Notes under the pieces: model-generated
Told to the model about the DNA's origin: nothing
What the model saw: only the letters and a program-made list of their open reading frames with translations
Databases searched by the model: none
NCBI GenBank assembly: GCA_963555815.3
Contig: CAUVWX020000002.1
Location: 416,001-480,000, forward strand
DNA from: a bacterium
GTDB taxonomy: Bacteria; UBA8248; JACPRG01; G963555815
Reading direction: 5' to 3'
Length of the DNA: 64,000 bases
In this document: piece by piece, positions 1-9,482 of the stretch
Layout of the letters: each line of letters begins with the position of its first letter
How positions within the stretch are numbered: the first letter of the stretch is position 1
Translations under genes and position numbers: made by a program

Positions 1-153
1 GCCGTCTCACTTCCCATCCTGGTGTTGGCCTTCGGGGGATCTACCCCCCATGTGTGGGCGGGAGGCCTCGCCGCTCTTCTCATCGTCGTACGCCACAGTG
101 AAAACCTCAGACGCCTCCGGGCAGGTCAAGAGCCAGGCTTTTTCTCAGGGTGA
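1..153 (+). CDS. plsY: 3' end of glycerol-3-phosphate acyltransferase PlsY (partial)
   Basis: Frame 1 reads ...ALLIVVRHSENLRRLRAGQEPGFFSG*, matching the PlsY C-terminal RHxxNIxRLxxGxE motif. Confidence 0.8.
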   Translation, partial: AVSLPILVLAFGGSTPHVWAGGLAALLIVVRHSENLRRLRAGQEPGFFSG

Positions 154-207
154 ATCAGAAGTCCGACGAAGGTGTGCTGGTTAGTGCCCTTCCCTTCTTG
201 ACTTGTC

Positions 208-629
208 TTAGTCGCTCGGCAAAACCATCAGGAGGCGGCGGGTTGCTCCCCCGGGCAGAAAAAGCCCTTCCTCTCGGCCTGAACCGCCCTCAACCTTGGC
301 CCTCACCCGATAGGAGCCCGGGGGGAGGTCGATAAAGAACCAAGGGCCTGTGGAGCGGGCCCTGAAAATAGTATTTCCGCGAACGTCCAGAATCCTGACG
401 TCGATGAAGGTGAGATAGGCTGCCCTGGCGTTGGTAAATTCCAGGAAAAGGGGAAAGCCGACGATCCGGACATCTCGAGAATCCTGGCCGATCTCTGTGC
501 TGTAATAGGCGATCCCGTCCGCACGGCTCAGGGGTAAGTCATCCTTCTCGACCACCTCTGCTCCGCCCAACCACTCGAGGTGGCCAAAAAGAAAACCCCG
601 ACTGCCAGAACCCCAGTCCATCGTTTCAT
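208..629 (-). pseudogene. Secreted carboxypeptidase-regulatory-like domain protein, frameshifted after the signal peptide
   Basis: RBS GGGAG then ATG 629 gives MKRWTGVLAVGVFFLATSSGWA; the mature part (DGIAYYS...GPWFFIDLPPGSYRVRA) is in another frame, shift near 560. Confidence 0.6.
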
Positions 630-724
630 GATTATCTCCCCGAATTCGAACCCAGATTTTAAGCCACCCCGTCAATGTATAAATATACCCAGAACCGTTT
701 GAGAAACAAGGCGAAAAGGTAATC

Positions 725-753
725 TTGACATGCTTTTTGGGACCGGATAGGGT
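725..753 (+). promoter_or_regulatory. Putative sigma70 promoter of the tRNA pair
   Basis: TTGACA-17 bp-TAGGGT about 30 bp before tRNA-Gly. Confidence 0.5.
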
Positions 754-785
754 AAGGTGAATAGCGGCCGACAAATAAAAAGCGT

Positions 786-860
786 GCGGGAGTAGCTCAG
801 TGGTAGAGCACTGCCTTGCCAAGGCAGGGGTCGCGGGTTCAAATCCCGTTTCCCGCTCCA
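786..860 (+). tRNA. tRNA-Gly(GCC)
   Basis: GCGGGAGTAGCTCAGTGGTAGAGC...anticodon GCC...GGTTCAAATCC...CCA cloverleaf. Confidence 0.97.
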
Positions 861-917
861 AAACTGAATTCTTGGGGACTGGCGACCATTCTCCAAGCTA
901 AAAGAAGGGGGCTACCC

Positions 918-991
918 GGCGGCATAGCCAAGTGGTAAGGCAGAGGCCTGCAAAGCCTTCATCCCCGGTTCGAATCCGGGTGCCGCCTCCA
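918..991 (+). tRNA. tRNA-Cys(GCA)
   Basis: GGCGGCATAGCCAAGTGGTAAGGC...CTGCAAA...GGTTCGAATCC...CCA. Confidence 0.97.
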
Positions 992-998
992 ACCTCAG

Positions 999-1042
999 AA
1001 AAGACCCGGCTGGTGATCGAAGTTGGCCGGGTCTTTTTCTTT
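999..1042 (+). terminator. Rho-independent terminator after the tRNAs
   Basis: AAAAGACCCGGC...GCCGGGTCTTTTT hairpin with T tract. Confidence 0.8.
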
Positions 1043-1190
1043 CGAAAGCCCGTGGTAGAGAAAGCGGCCTTCATTCCCTTTGCTCCTCTGAGCAGGGTTG
1101 ATATGATCCAGAAGCTGGGTTTTCCCTGTGAAGGCCGCAGGGAAAAAGTACTCGGGTTCCCTGAAGCTCCAGACGGTTGGGGAGATTCGG

Positions 1191-2441
1191 ATGCGGATCA
1201 TCGCCGACCTTCATCTTCATTCCAAATACAGCCGCGCGACCAGCCCAGAGCTAGAAGTTGTGACGGTGAGCCGGTGGGCCCGGCGAAAGGGGATCCACCT
1301 CATGGGGACCGCCGACTTCACCCATCCCACCTATCTCGCCTATCTCAAGGCGGAGCTTGAGCCTTCTGGAAATGGTCTCTTCTCTGCCAAAAGGGGTGCC
1401 CCTGAGGTCTCTTTCATGTTGACGGTAGAAGTGAGCAATATCTTCCGCCAGGGGGGACGCCTGCGAAAAGTTCACACCATCCTATTCGCCCCGAGCTTTG
1501 AGGTCGTGGATCGCCTCAACGCACGGCTCGCGAAACGAGGGAAGCTCTCCGCCGATGGCCGCGCCACCTTCACCTTCCCCGTAAAAGACCTGGTGAAATT
1601 GGTGCTAGACGTCTCGCCCGACTTCCTTCTCGTCCCCGCCCACGTCTGGACGCCCTGGTTTTCCCTCTTCGGGGCCAACTCAGGCTTCGATTCCCTAGAG
1701 GAGTGCTTTGAAGAGGAGGCGGGGCATATCTATGCCATCGAGACGGGCCTCTCTTCAGACCCAGCCATGAATTGGCGCGTTTCGGCCCTCGACCGGCTCA
1801 CGCTCATCTCCAACTCCGACGCCCACTCCCCTTCCCGGATTGGCCGGGAAGCCAATGTCCTTGACTCCGACCTCGACTACTGGCAGATCACCGACGCCAT
1901 CAAAGGAAAGGGTCCTGGCCGCCTTCTTCACACGATTGAGTTCTTCCCAGAGGAGGGGAAATACCACTTGGACGGCCACCGAAATTGCGGCGTTTCGCTG
2001 CAACCCGAGGCGACCCGAAAGATGCACTGCCGCTGTCCACACTGCCAGCGGCCCCTCACCATAGGAGTCCTGCATCGGGTGGAATCCCTCGCCGACCGGC
2101 CGAAGGGATATGTTCCGAAGAACGCCACCTCACCCAGACACCTGATCCCCCTTGAGGAAATCCTGGCCGAGGTTCTGGGAATCGCGTCTGGGACCAAGGG
2201 AGTTCGTCGAGCGTATGAGGCCTTGACCGATGCCGGTGGATCAGAGTTCCAGATCCTCCTCGACCTTCCCGAGGAAGAGCTCCTGCGCGTCGCCCAACCC
2301 CGGGTCGCCGAAGCCATCCTCCGGGTCCGTCAGGGCCAGCTCAAAATCAAGCCCGGGTATGATGGCGTTTATGGTCAGATTCAAATCTTTGGTGAATCGA
2401 AGGAAGAAAAGGAAGCCCGCGACCAGATGGCCTTCTCCTAA
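1191..2441 (+). CDS. Endonuclease Q family PHP-domain protein
   Basis: MRIIADLHLHSKYSRATS, PAHVWTPWFS, ETGLSSD, SNSDAHS, GKYHLDGHRNC...CPHC, GVLHRV, PGYDGVYG; RBS GGAG before ATG 1191. Confidence 0.9.
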   Translation: MRIIADLHLHSKYSRATSPELEVVTVSRWARRKGIHLMGTADFTHPTYLAYLKAELEPSGNGLFSAKRGAPEVSFMLTVEVSNIFRQGGRLRKVHTILFAPSFEVVDRLNARLAKRGKLSADGRATFTFPVKDLVKLVLDVSPDFLLVPAHVWTPWFSLFGANSGFDSLEECFEEEAGHIYAIETGLSSDPAMNWRVSALDRLTLISNSDAHSPSRIGREANVLDSDLDYWQITDAIKGKGPGRLLHTIEFFPEEGKYHLDGHRNCGVSLQPEATRKMHCRCPHCQRPLTIGVLHRVESLADRPKGYVPKNATSPRHLIPLEEILAEVLGIASGTKGVRRAYEALTDAGGSEFQILLDLPEEELLRVAQPRVAEAILRVRQGQLKIKPGYDGVYGQIQIFGESKEEKEARDQMAFS

Positions 2442-2522
2442 TAGTCCCCCATCGCTCAGCGAGACATCGTGATGCTTCGAAGAAGCGGACCTCTGGCGAT
2501 CAACCAAACAAGGTGATCTTGA

Positions 2523-3221
2523 ATGCCCATTATTCTCTTCGACATCGACGGGACGCTCATCCACTCGGGGAAAGCCGGCCGAAAAGCCTTCGAAGGAGTT
2601 TTTGAGGAGCTCTACGGCTGGCGGAAAGCCCTCTCTGGGGTCCCTGTTGAAGGCCACACGGACCCGGCCACCGTCAAGACGGCCTTCCAAAAACATCGAG
2701 GAGAACCCCCCACAGAGGCGGAACTCTCCCAGGTCTTTGAACTCTATGTCAAAAAACTTTTCGGGGAAGTCCAAAATTCCAGGGGTTTCAGAGTCCTCCC
2801 CGGTGTTGAATCGCTCCTTGAACGCCTCTTCCAAAAGGCCGGCGTGGGGATTGGGATTGCCACAGGAAACATCGAGGCGGGCGCCCGGATCAAATTGGCG
2901 AGGGCTGGACTCAACCGCTATCTCCCCTTCGGCGGGTTTGGCTCCGATTCATCGAACAGGACGACCCTCACACGGATCGCCATCGAGCGGGGTCGGAAAA
3001 ACCTCCCGGAAGCCGGGGGGCTGGACGAAGCCCTGGTGGTGGGAGATACCCCCCTCGATGTGGAGAGCGGGCGGGGGGCTGGGGCGCGGACGGTGGGCGT
3101 GGCCACAGGTCTTTGGATCGCAGAAGATCTCTCCCGGGCCGGTGCAGACGTCGTCCTCAGCGATTTAACCGACACGGAGGCTTTCCTGTCGCTTCTGGAC
3201 GGGGTCCACCCTCCTGATTAA
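2523..3221 (+). CDS. HAD family hydrolase (phosphoglycolate phosphatase-like)
   Basis: FDIDGTL, ATGN, VGDTPLD motifs. Confidence 0.88.
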   Translation: MPIILFDIDGTLIHSGKAGRKAFEGVFEELYGWRKALSGVPVEGHTDPATVKTAFQKHRGEPPTEAELSQVFELYVKKLFGEVQNSRGFRVLPGVESLLERLFQKAGVGIGIATGNIEAGARIKLARAGLNRYLPFGGFGSDSSNRTTLTRIAIERGRKNLPEAGGLDEALVVGDTPLDVESGRGAGARTVGVATGLWIAEDLSRAGADVVLSDLTDTEAFLSLLDGVHPPD

Positions 3222-3237
3222 AAGGAAAAACTTGGCG

Positions 3238-4524
3238 GTGAAGATCGCCCTCATCATCCTGGACGGGATTGCCGACCGGCCCTATCGCGAGCTCGGTGGG
3301 AAAACCCCCCTCGAAGCCGCCTCGACGCCGGCTCTGGACGCCTTCGCAACCCGTGGGGCAAACGGTCTCTATCACGCCGTCTCGCCCGGTGTCGCCTGCC
3401 CCAGCGAGTTGGCCCACTGGCGGATCTTCGGCTATCGGTCGGAGGAATTTCCGGGACGGGGGGCCATCGAGGCCATGGGTTTTAGTGTCCCCTTTGAGCC
3501 GCAGGAGGTTTGCCTCCTTGCCAACTTATCGGCCGCACGAGAGAAAAACGGCGCCCTTTGGGTAATAGAGCCCAGGGTCCCCCTGCCCGAAGCGGCGTGG
3601 GCGGAGGCTTTTAGCCGGATCTCTTCCTTTGAGGCCAAAAAGCTTCGCCTAAAACTTCATCGGACCCGGGGGCCCGATGCCATCCTTGTCCTAGAGGCGC
3701 CCGCCAGCCCTCTGGTGACCGACGCCGACACCTGCCGTTCCAACCAACCTGTCGCCACCATCACACCCCGCTCGGAGGCGGAGGGAGACACGAATGCCAG
3801 GCAGACCTCCGACTTTCTGAATGACTATTTGAGGTGGGCCTATCGAACCCTAGGGGACCTTCCGGCAAGGGAGCCGGGCGAAAAGCTTGCCCTTATCTGC
3901 CAGCGGGCGGGCCAGCGGCGAAATCTTCCCTCCTTCGCCCACCGGTTCGGCATGCGCGGAGCCACGGTCTCTTCGGGGGCCATCTATAAGGGCATCGCGG
4001 AGACCCTTGGCTGGACCGCGGCCCCAGCTCCCTCCCTGGAAGATCCCGGGCAAGAGCTTCGAGAGCGGCTCGAGCTGGCGGAGCGGCTTTTTGAGGATCA
4101 CGATTTCGTTCACATCCACACCAAGGCTGCTGATGAGGCGGCCCACACGGGCGAGCCCAGGCACAAGGCAAAAACCATTGAGTCCCTCGACCGAGGGTGC
4201 AAAGAGACCCTGGCCAGATGGGCTGAATTAGAAGACCGGGTGACAGTCGTCACGGCCGACCACGCCACCCCCAGCCAGGGTCCCCTCATCCATTCGGGGG
4301 AGGAGGTCCCCCTGGCCATCACCGGCCTTCGGGTCCCCCAGGACTCTGTCCGCCTCTTCGGCGAGGGTCCAGCCGCCTCGGGCCGCCTGGGTCACCTTCG
4401 GGGGGGAGATCTCATGCCGCTTCTTCTGAACTTTGCGGACCGATGTGAAGTCCTGGGTCTCCGTTCAACCCCGGATCCCCTCCCCTATTTTCCTGGATCC
4501 ATCGAGCCCCTTCGTCTGAAATAA
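3238..4524 (+). CDS. apgM: Cofactor-independent phosphoglycerate mutase, ApgM-type (alkaline phosphatase superfamily)
   Basis: IILDGIADRP, GKTPLEAA, PSELAH, DEAAH, TADHATP, HSGEEVP. Confidence 0.8.
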   Translation: MKIALIILDGIADRPYRELGGKTPLEAASTPALDAFATRGANGLYHAVSPGVACPSELAHWRIFGYRSEEFPGRGAIEAMGFSVPFEPQEVCLLANLSAAREKNGALWVIEPRVPLPEAAWAEAFSRISSFEAKKLRLKLHRTRGPDAILVLEAPASPLVTDADTCRSNQPVATITPRSEAEGDTNARQTSDFLNDYLRWAYRTLGDLPAREPGEKLALICQRAGQRRNLPSFAHRFGMRGATVSSGAIYKGIAETLGWTAAPAPSLEDPGQELRERLELAERLFEDHDFVHIHTKAADEAAHTGEPRHKAKTIESLDRGCKETLARWAELEDRVTVVTADHATPSQGPLIHSGEEVPLAITGLRVPQDSVRLFGEGPAASGRLGHLRGGDLMPLLLNFADRCEVLGLRSTPDPLPYFPGSIEPLRLK

Positions 4525-4648
4525 TTTCGGGCGATCCCACTGAACACCCTGGTGGCAGAAAGCAAATATTGTAAAGAGAGGGGAAAATATCTACCCTAGG
4601 GAAAAGATTCTCTGATAGAGAAAAAGAGTTCTTTTCTGGGAGGAAAGA

Positions 4649-6049
4649 ATGTTTTTCGTTCGGCCTCTTTTGTTTTTCTGGGTAATGGCGGCAAGCCTTG
4701 TTCTTAGTGGAGGCCAGGGCCTTGCTTCAAGCCCGGACGTCCCCTGGGATGTTGAAGAGCACGTCTTGCCAAACGGGCTCAAGATTCTTCTCTTCGTCGA
4801 GGACCGGGCCCCCGTGGTGACTTCGATGATCTGGTACCGCGTGGGCGCTCGGAACGAGCTCCCGGGGTTCACCGGAATGGCCCACATGGTGGAGCACATG
4901 ATGTTCAAGGGGACCGACCGCTTTGGACCAAAAATCTTCTCCAATCGGGTTCAGCGAAACGGCGGCCGCCACAACGCCTTCACCAGCCATGATTACACCG
5001 CCTATTTCGAGCGCATGGCCTCCGACCGGGTGGGCGTCGCCTTTGAGCTTGAGGCGGATCGGATGCGCCACCTCCTCCTCGCCCCCAAGGATTTCCTGCT
5101 GGAGCGAGACGTGGTCCGGGAGGAGCGAAGGCGCTCCATCGAGGACAACCCCGTTCGGCTCCTTTGGGAGAATCTGAGGGCCGCTGCTTTCAAGGCCCAT
5201 CCTTATGGTTGGCCGATTATCGGATGGGCCTCGGACATCGAGCAGTTCGATGTCGAGACGGCCCGACAGTTTTATCAGTCCTATTATTCCCCGAGCAACG
5301 CCGTTCTCGTAGTGGTCGGCTCCTTTGATCCCCCCTCCCTCCTTGAGCAGATCCGAAAGGAATTTGATTCTATCCCGAGGGGCTTCACGCCCCCGAATCT
5401 CCGGGCGAAGGAGCCCTCCCAGCGTGGCGAGCGCCGCATCCTCGTCAAGAAGGAAGCCCAACTCCCTTATGTAGGGGTTGCCTATCACGTTCCGAACGTC
5501 GAGTCTCCCGACGCCTACGCCCTCGAGGTCCTGGCGGAGGTCCTGGGCGGGGGGAGAAGCGGACGCCTCAGGCAGGAGCTGGTGGAGAAGCGCCAACTCG
5601 CCCTCTCAGCCGGTGCGGGCTACTCTCTCATCTCCGCCGATCCCGAACTCTTTACGCTCTCGGCCCAACCGACCCAGGGGGTCAGCGCCGAGGTGGCCGA
5701 AGAGGCCCTTTACGAGGTCGTGGAGCGGATCAAAAGGGAGGGGGTTGGCGAGGAGGAGCTGAAGCGGGTCAAGCGGCGAATCTCCGCTCAGCACGTCATG
5801 CAGCTTGACTCCCAGTTCTTCCGGGCCCTCGCCCTTGGCCGGGCGGAGACAATCGGCTCCTGGCGGCTCGTCACAGAGTTTTTGCCCAACATCCGAAAGA
5901 TCACGTCTGAAGATATTCAGCGGGTCGCCCAAAAATATATGCTTAAGGAAAACCGGACTGTGGGATTCCTGGTCCCGCTTCCCATCACGACGTCGCGTCA
6001 AGAGACCCCACCCTCCCCTTCACCCCATGGACGGGGGGAAGCGCGATGA
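4649..6049 (+). CDS. M16 zinc peptidase, catalytic subunit, with signal peptide
   Basis: HMVEHMMFKGT (HxxEH), NAFTSHDYTAY, HPYGWPIIG. Confidence 0.92.
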   Translation: MFFVRPLLFFWVMAASLVLSGGQGLASSPDVPWDVEEHVLPNGLKILLFVEDRAPVVTSMIWYRVGARNELPGFTGMAHMVEHMMFKGTDRFGPKIFSNRVQRNGGRHNAFTSHDYTAYFERMASDRVGVAFELEADRMRHLLLAPKDFLLERDVVREERRRSIEDNPVRLLWENLRAAAFKAHPYGWPIIGWASDIEQFDVETARQFYQSYYSPSNAVLVVVGSFDPPSLLEQIRKEFDSIPRGFTPPNLRAKEPSQRGERRILVKKEAQLPYVGVAYHVPNVESPDAYALEVLAEVLGGGRSGRLRQELVEKRQLALSAGAGYSLISADPELFTLSAQPTQGVSAEVAEEALYEVVERIKREGVGEEELKRVKRRISAQHVMQLDSQFFRALALGRAETIGSWRLVTEFLPNIRKITSEDIQRVAQKYMLKENRTVGFLVPLPITTSRQETPPSPSPHGRGEAR

Positions 6050-7362
6050 AAGGAGCCCTTGGCGCACTTCTTCTCTTCCTTCTGCCCGGACTCGCCTTCT
6101 CCGCCCCCCTTGGGACCCGGACTGTCCTTGAAAACGGCCTCATCCTGCTTCACTCTGAGCAGCGCTCCCTTCCCCTCGTGACGCTTCGCCTCATCCTCTG
6201 GGCGGGGACCGCGGTCGAACCTCCCGAGAAATCAGGCCTTGCGAACCTGACGGCAGAACTTCTCAGCCAGGGGACAGCGGATCGATCGGCCCAAGAGGTG
6301 GCCGAGGCGATAGACACCCTCGGCGGGCGGCTGGGATTTCAGGCCGAAAAGGATTTCGTGTCAGCCGGGCTGACTGTGCTTCGGGAGGACCTTGAGGCGG
6401 GCCTGACACTCCTCTCAGAGCTTATTCAAAGACCCTCCTTTCCCGAGGAGGAGCTCAATCGGAAAATTAGTCAGACCCTGGCGCGAATTCACCAGGAGGA
6501 GCAGGAGCCCTCCACCGTTGCGGCGCTCGCCTTCCAGGGGGCCCTCTACGGGAGCCATCCCTACGGGCGAAGGACCATCGGAACACCTGACGAGCTCAGA
6601 AACCTCACACGAGAGGATGTCGTCAGCTTCCACCGGGAACGGTACCTTCCCGAAGGGGCCATCGTCGCCGTGGTGGGCGACATCTCCCAAAGGGCGGCCC
6701 GGGAGGCGCTGGCCAAGGTTTTTGGGGGCTGGGTCGGTGGGCCCTCTCGTGTCCCAAATCTTCCTCTCCCCGAGGGGCCAAAGGTCCTCAATGTGGTCAA
6801 GATAGACCGCCCGGTCTCTCAGGCCCAGGTCCTCTTCGGCCATCCCGGACTCGAGCGCGACGATCCCGACTTCTATGCAGTGCTCGTGATGAATTACATC
6901 CTTGGGGGAGGGGGGTTTGAGTCGAGACTGCTCGACACCATCCGAGATAATCTCGGCCTCGCGTACAGTGTCTTCAGCCGTTTCTCCACAGGCCTCCACG
7001 GCGGCACCTTCCGGGCGGGCCTTCAGACCAGAAACGAGACTGCCAACCAGGCCTTGGAGGAGTTTTTTAAGGAGGTTCGCCGGATCCGAGAGGTCCCGGT
7101 GACGGAACGCGAACTCTCTGATGCCAAGGATTTCTTGACCGGGAGCTTTCCCCTCCGCCTCTCCTCGAACCGGGACATTTCCTCGATGCTGACACAAGTC
7201 GAGCTTCACAGCCTCGGCCTGGATTATCCCGATCAATACCCCGGACTCATCCAAGCTGTCAGCCAGGAGGATGTCCTTCGGGTGGCCCAAAAACACCTCC
7301 ACCCGGGCCAAGCCGTCCTCGTCATCCTGTCCGATGAGGAAAAGGCGGCCCTCCAGTATTGA
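6046..7362 (+). CDS. M16 peptidase non-catalytic partner subunit
   Basis: M16 fold motifs without HxxEH (NLTAELL); R-x6-Y substrate motif IRDNLGLAYSV; ATGA coupling with the upstream gene. Confidence 0.88.
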   Translation: MKGALGALLLFLLPGLAFSAPLGTRTVLENGLILLHSEQRSLPLVTLRLILWAGTAVEPPEKSGLANLTAELLSQGTADRSAQEVAEAIDTLGGRLGFQAEKDFVSAGLTVLREDLEAGLTLLSELIQRPSFPEEELNRKISQTLARIHQEEQEPSTVAALAFQGALYGSHPYGRRTIGTPDELRNLTREDVVSFHRERYLPEGAIVAVVGDISQRAAREALAKVFGGWVGGPSRVPNLPLPEGPKVLNVVKIDRPVSQAQVLFGHPGLERDDPDFYAVLVMNYILGGGGFESRLLDTIRDNLGLAYSVFSRFSTGLHGGTFRAGLQTRNETANQALEEFFKEVRRIREVPVTERELSDAKDFLTGSFPLRLSSNRDISSMLTQVELHSLGLDYPDQYPGLIQAVSQEDVLRVAQKHLHPGQAVLVILSDEEKAALQY

Positions 7363-7420
7363 AATCTTTCAAAATTTATAAGCGGGTCTTCTCCAGGGGG
7401 GTTAACGTCATTTCTCGTCT

Positions 7421-8170
7421 ATGCCCATGAAATCCATTGAATTTAAAAGCGAGCTGGGCCAGCGCATCTCCGGCATCCTCCACCGGCCTCAGGGCAAAAA
7501 AGACCCCTCCGCCATCCTCATCTGCCACGGCATGCTCTCCAACAAGGACAGCCGAAAACACAGCCACTTCGCCCAGATTCTATGTGAGAGGGGCTATCTG
7601 GTCCTGCGCTTTGACTTTTCGTTCGTGGGGGAATCGGGCGGAAAACTTTCGGAGCTGTCCTATTCGGGCGAAGTGAAGGATCTAGAGAGCGCCGTCGCTT
7701 TTGTCAGACAAAAAACCCAGGGTCCTATTGGCCTGCTGGGCTCCAGCATGGGTGGGGCAATTGCCCTGCTCTACGCGGCCGAAGATCCAAGGGTCCGGGC
7801 CGTCGCGGCCATGGCCTGCGTCGCCAGGCCAGATGCCTTCTCGAAAGAGGATGTCGCTCGGTGGGAGGCCCAAGGCCATATCGATTCCCCGCTTGGGCCC
7901 ATCTCCCTCGCCTTTCTGAAAGACGCCCAGGAAAAGGATGTCCTCGGGGCCGTCGCCCGCCTAAAAACTCCGCTCCTCCTCATTCACGGAGAGGCCGACG
8001 AGCTCATCCCCGTCACTGAGGCCCTGGATATCTTTCGGGCCGCCCAACCGCCAAAACGTCTTGAACTCATCGGGGGCGCTGACCACCGCTTCTCCGAGGA
8101 TTCTCACGTGGAGGAGATTGGAGAACTCATCGCCGGCTGGTTTGAGCGCCACTTGCCCCCTGAGGCTTAG
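7421..8170 (+). CDS. Alpha/beta hydrolase
   Basis: CHG, GSSMGG nucleophile elbow, HGEADE, ADHRF. Confidence 0.9.
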   Translation: MPMKSIEFKSELGQRISGILHRPQGKKDPSAILICHGMLSNKDSRKHSHFAQILCERGYLVLRFDFSFVGESGGKLSELSYSGEVKDLESAVAFVRQKTQGPIGLLGSSMGGAIALLYAAEDPRVRAVAAMACVARPDAFSKEDVARWEAQGHIDSPLGPISLAFLKDAQEKDVLGAVARLKTPLLLIHGEADELIPVTEALDIFRAAQPPKRLELIGGADHRFSEDSHVEEIGELIAGWFERHLPPEA

Positions 8171-8263
8171 AACCCCAGCATAAAACGATACAAATATACA
8201 TAATCTACTAAATTATATATAGTACTATAATTGCCTGAAATATATGTGGCTAGTCGCCAGCGC

Positions 8264-9267
8264 TCACTCTGGCTTGATGATCTTCCATATCCCCTTCAGG
8301 CCACGGCTCCTGATAACCTCGCTCTTCAGGGCGAGGTCCAGGAAGGCCCCCTCCTCCTCGATGAAGGTCTCGTCGAGATAGGGGGTCTGATAGGTAGGCT
8401 GCTGCTCCTTGAACCACTGGGCGAAGAAGCGGGCTTCCTTCTCTCCGGCCCCCGGCAGGGTCAGTTCGAGATATTTCTGGGCCCACTCCTCGGTCTTTGT
8501 GTGGGCGTAGGTCATCCCTTCCGCCCAGGCGCCCAGGAGGCCTCGGGCCGCATCCGGATGGCCCTCCACCCAATCTTTCCAGGAGGTCCAAACGCTCATG
8601 GCGAGCTGGTGATCAGTTCCCCGGCGTTTCGCCCATTCGCTGGAATAAGAGACGAGCAAGGGGCGAATCTCGTTATCCCGCCAGAGGTTGAGCGTATAGG
8701 GCATCAGGCTGAGCCCGCCCGTCGCCTTCCCCTCAGCGACCATTTCTGGCACGACCGCCCACGGGGCGTTGATCAACTGAAAATCCTTTCCCAGCTCAAG
8801 GCCCCACCAGTCTTGGAAGAGGATCTCGGCCAACCGGGTGCTTCCCGTGCCGAACCCGGGATGGGCGAGGGTCGATCCGGCGAGCTCCTCGATGGAGCGA
8901 ATCTTGGAGTCACTGCGCACATAGAGGCCGTGGGAAGCGGTCCCGTCTCGCCCCCACATCACCACCTCCCAGTCCTGATCCCCCTTCAGTCGGGCCACCT
9001 CTAAGGGGCTCAGCTGAATCACATCCACTTTCCTTTCCGAAAACTGAGCAAAGTCATCCCTGGCATAAACCGGCTCGAAAACAACGCTGGCTCGGATCCC
9101 CCACTTCTCCCAAAGACCCGCGTCGGTCAGGTATTGGGCGATCATGACCGTAGGACCGAAGGGAAAAATGGCGACCCGGACGAGGGGGGGCGGGAGCCAT
9201 AGGCCTTACCCACCACAAGAAAGCCACAAACGGCGAGAGAAAAAACACACCGGAGGATCCACCGCAT
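8264..9267 (-). pseudogene. NitT/TauT (SsuA/THI5)-type substrate-binding protein, frameshifted in a C7 run after the signal peptide
   Basis: ATG 9267 with RBS GAGGAGG encodes MRWILRCVFSLAVCGFLVVGKAYG; the body (SKIRSIEELAGSTLA...GTGS) is out of frame at the G7 tract 9184-9190. Confidence 0.65.
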
Positions 9268-9332
9268 CGACCGACCCCTCCTCATTGGGCTTCACTCAAA
9301 GGACAAAAGGCGTATATACCTCTTCCAGTCAA

Positions 9333-9401
9333 AAGCTATCAAGGCCGATTTTTACTGTCAAGGAAACCCGCCTTGACAAGGGCTCCCCTTCGAATTAGCG
9401 T
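9333..9401. promoter_or_regulatory. Back-to-back divergent sigma70 promoters
   Basis: Plus strand TTGACA(9373)-17-TAGCGT; minus strand TTGACA(9361)-17-TAGCTT. Confidence 0.5.
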
Positions 9402-9482
9402 TTCTCTTCAAAAGCCTTTGACTTGCTTCAGTGGAATCCTTCACGGAATCCCCGTAGACTGCTCTTTTTTCGGAGAAAGGCC

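Noticed and set aside
786..1130. tRNAs as an integration site for a genomic island
   Set aside because: No integrase and no duplicated tRNA 3' end seen in the window
672..1360. ORFs overlapping the tRNAs (672-896, 932-1360, the 5' part of 208-861; also 54479-54943)
   Set aside because: Spurious translations of tRNA sequence
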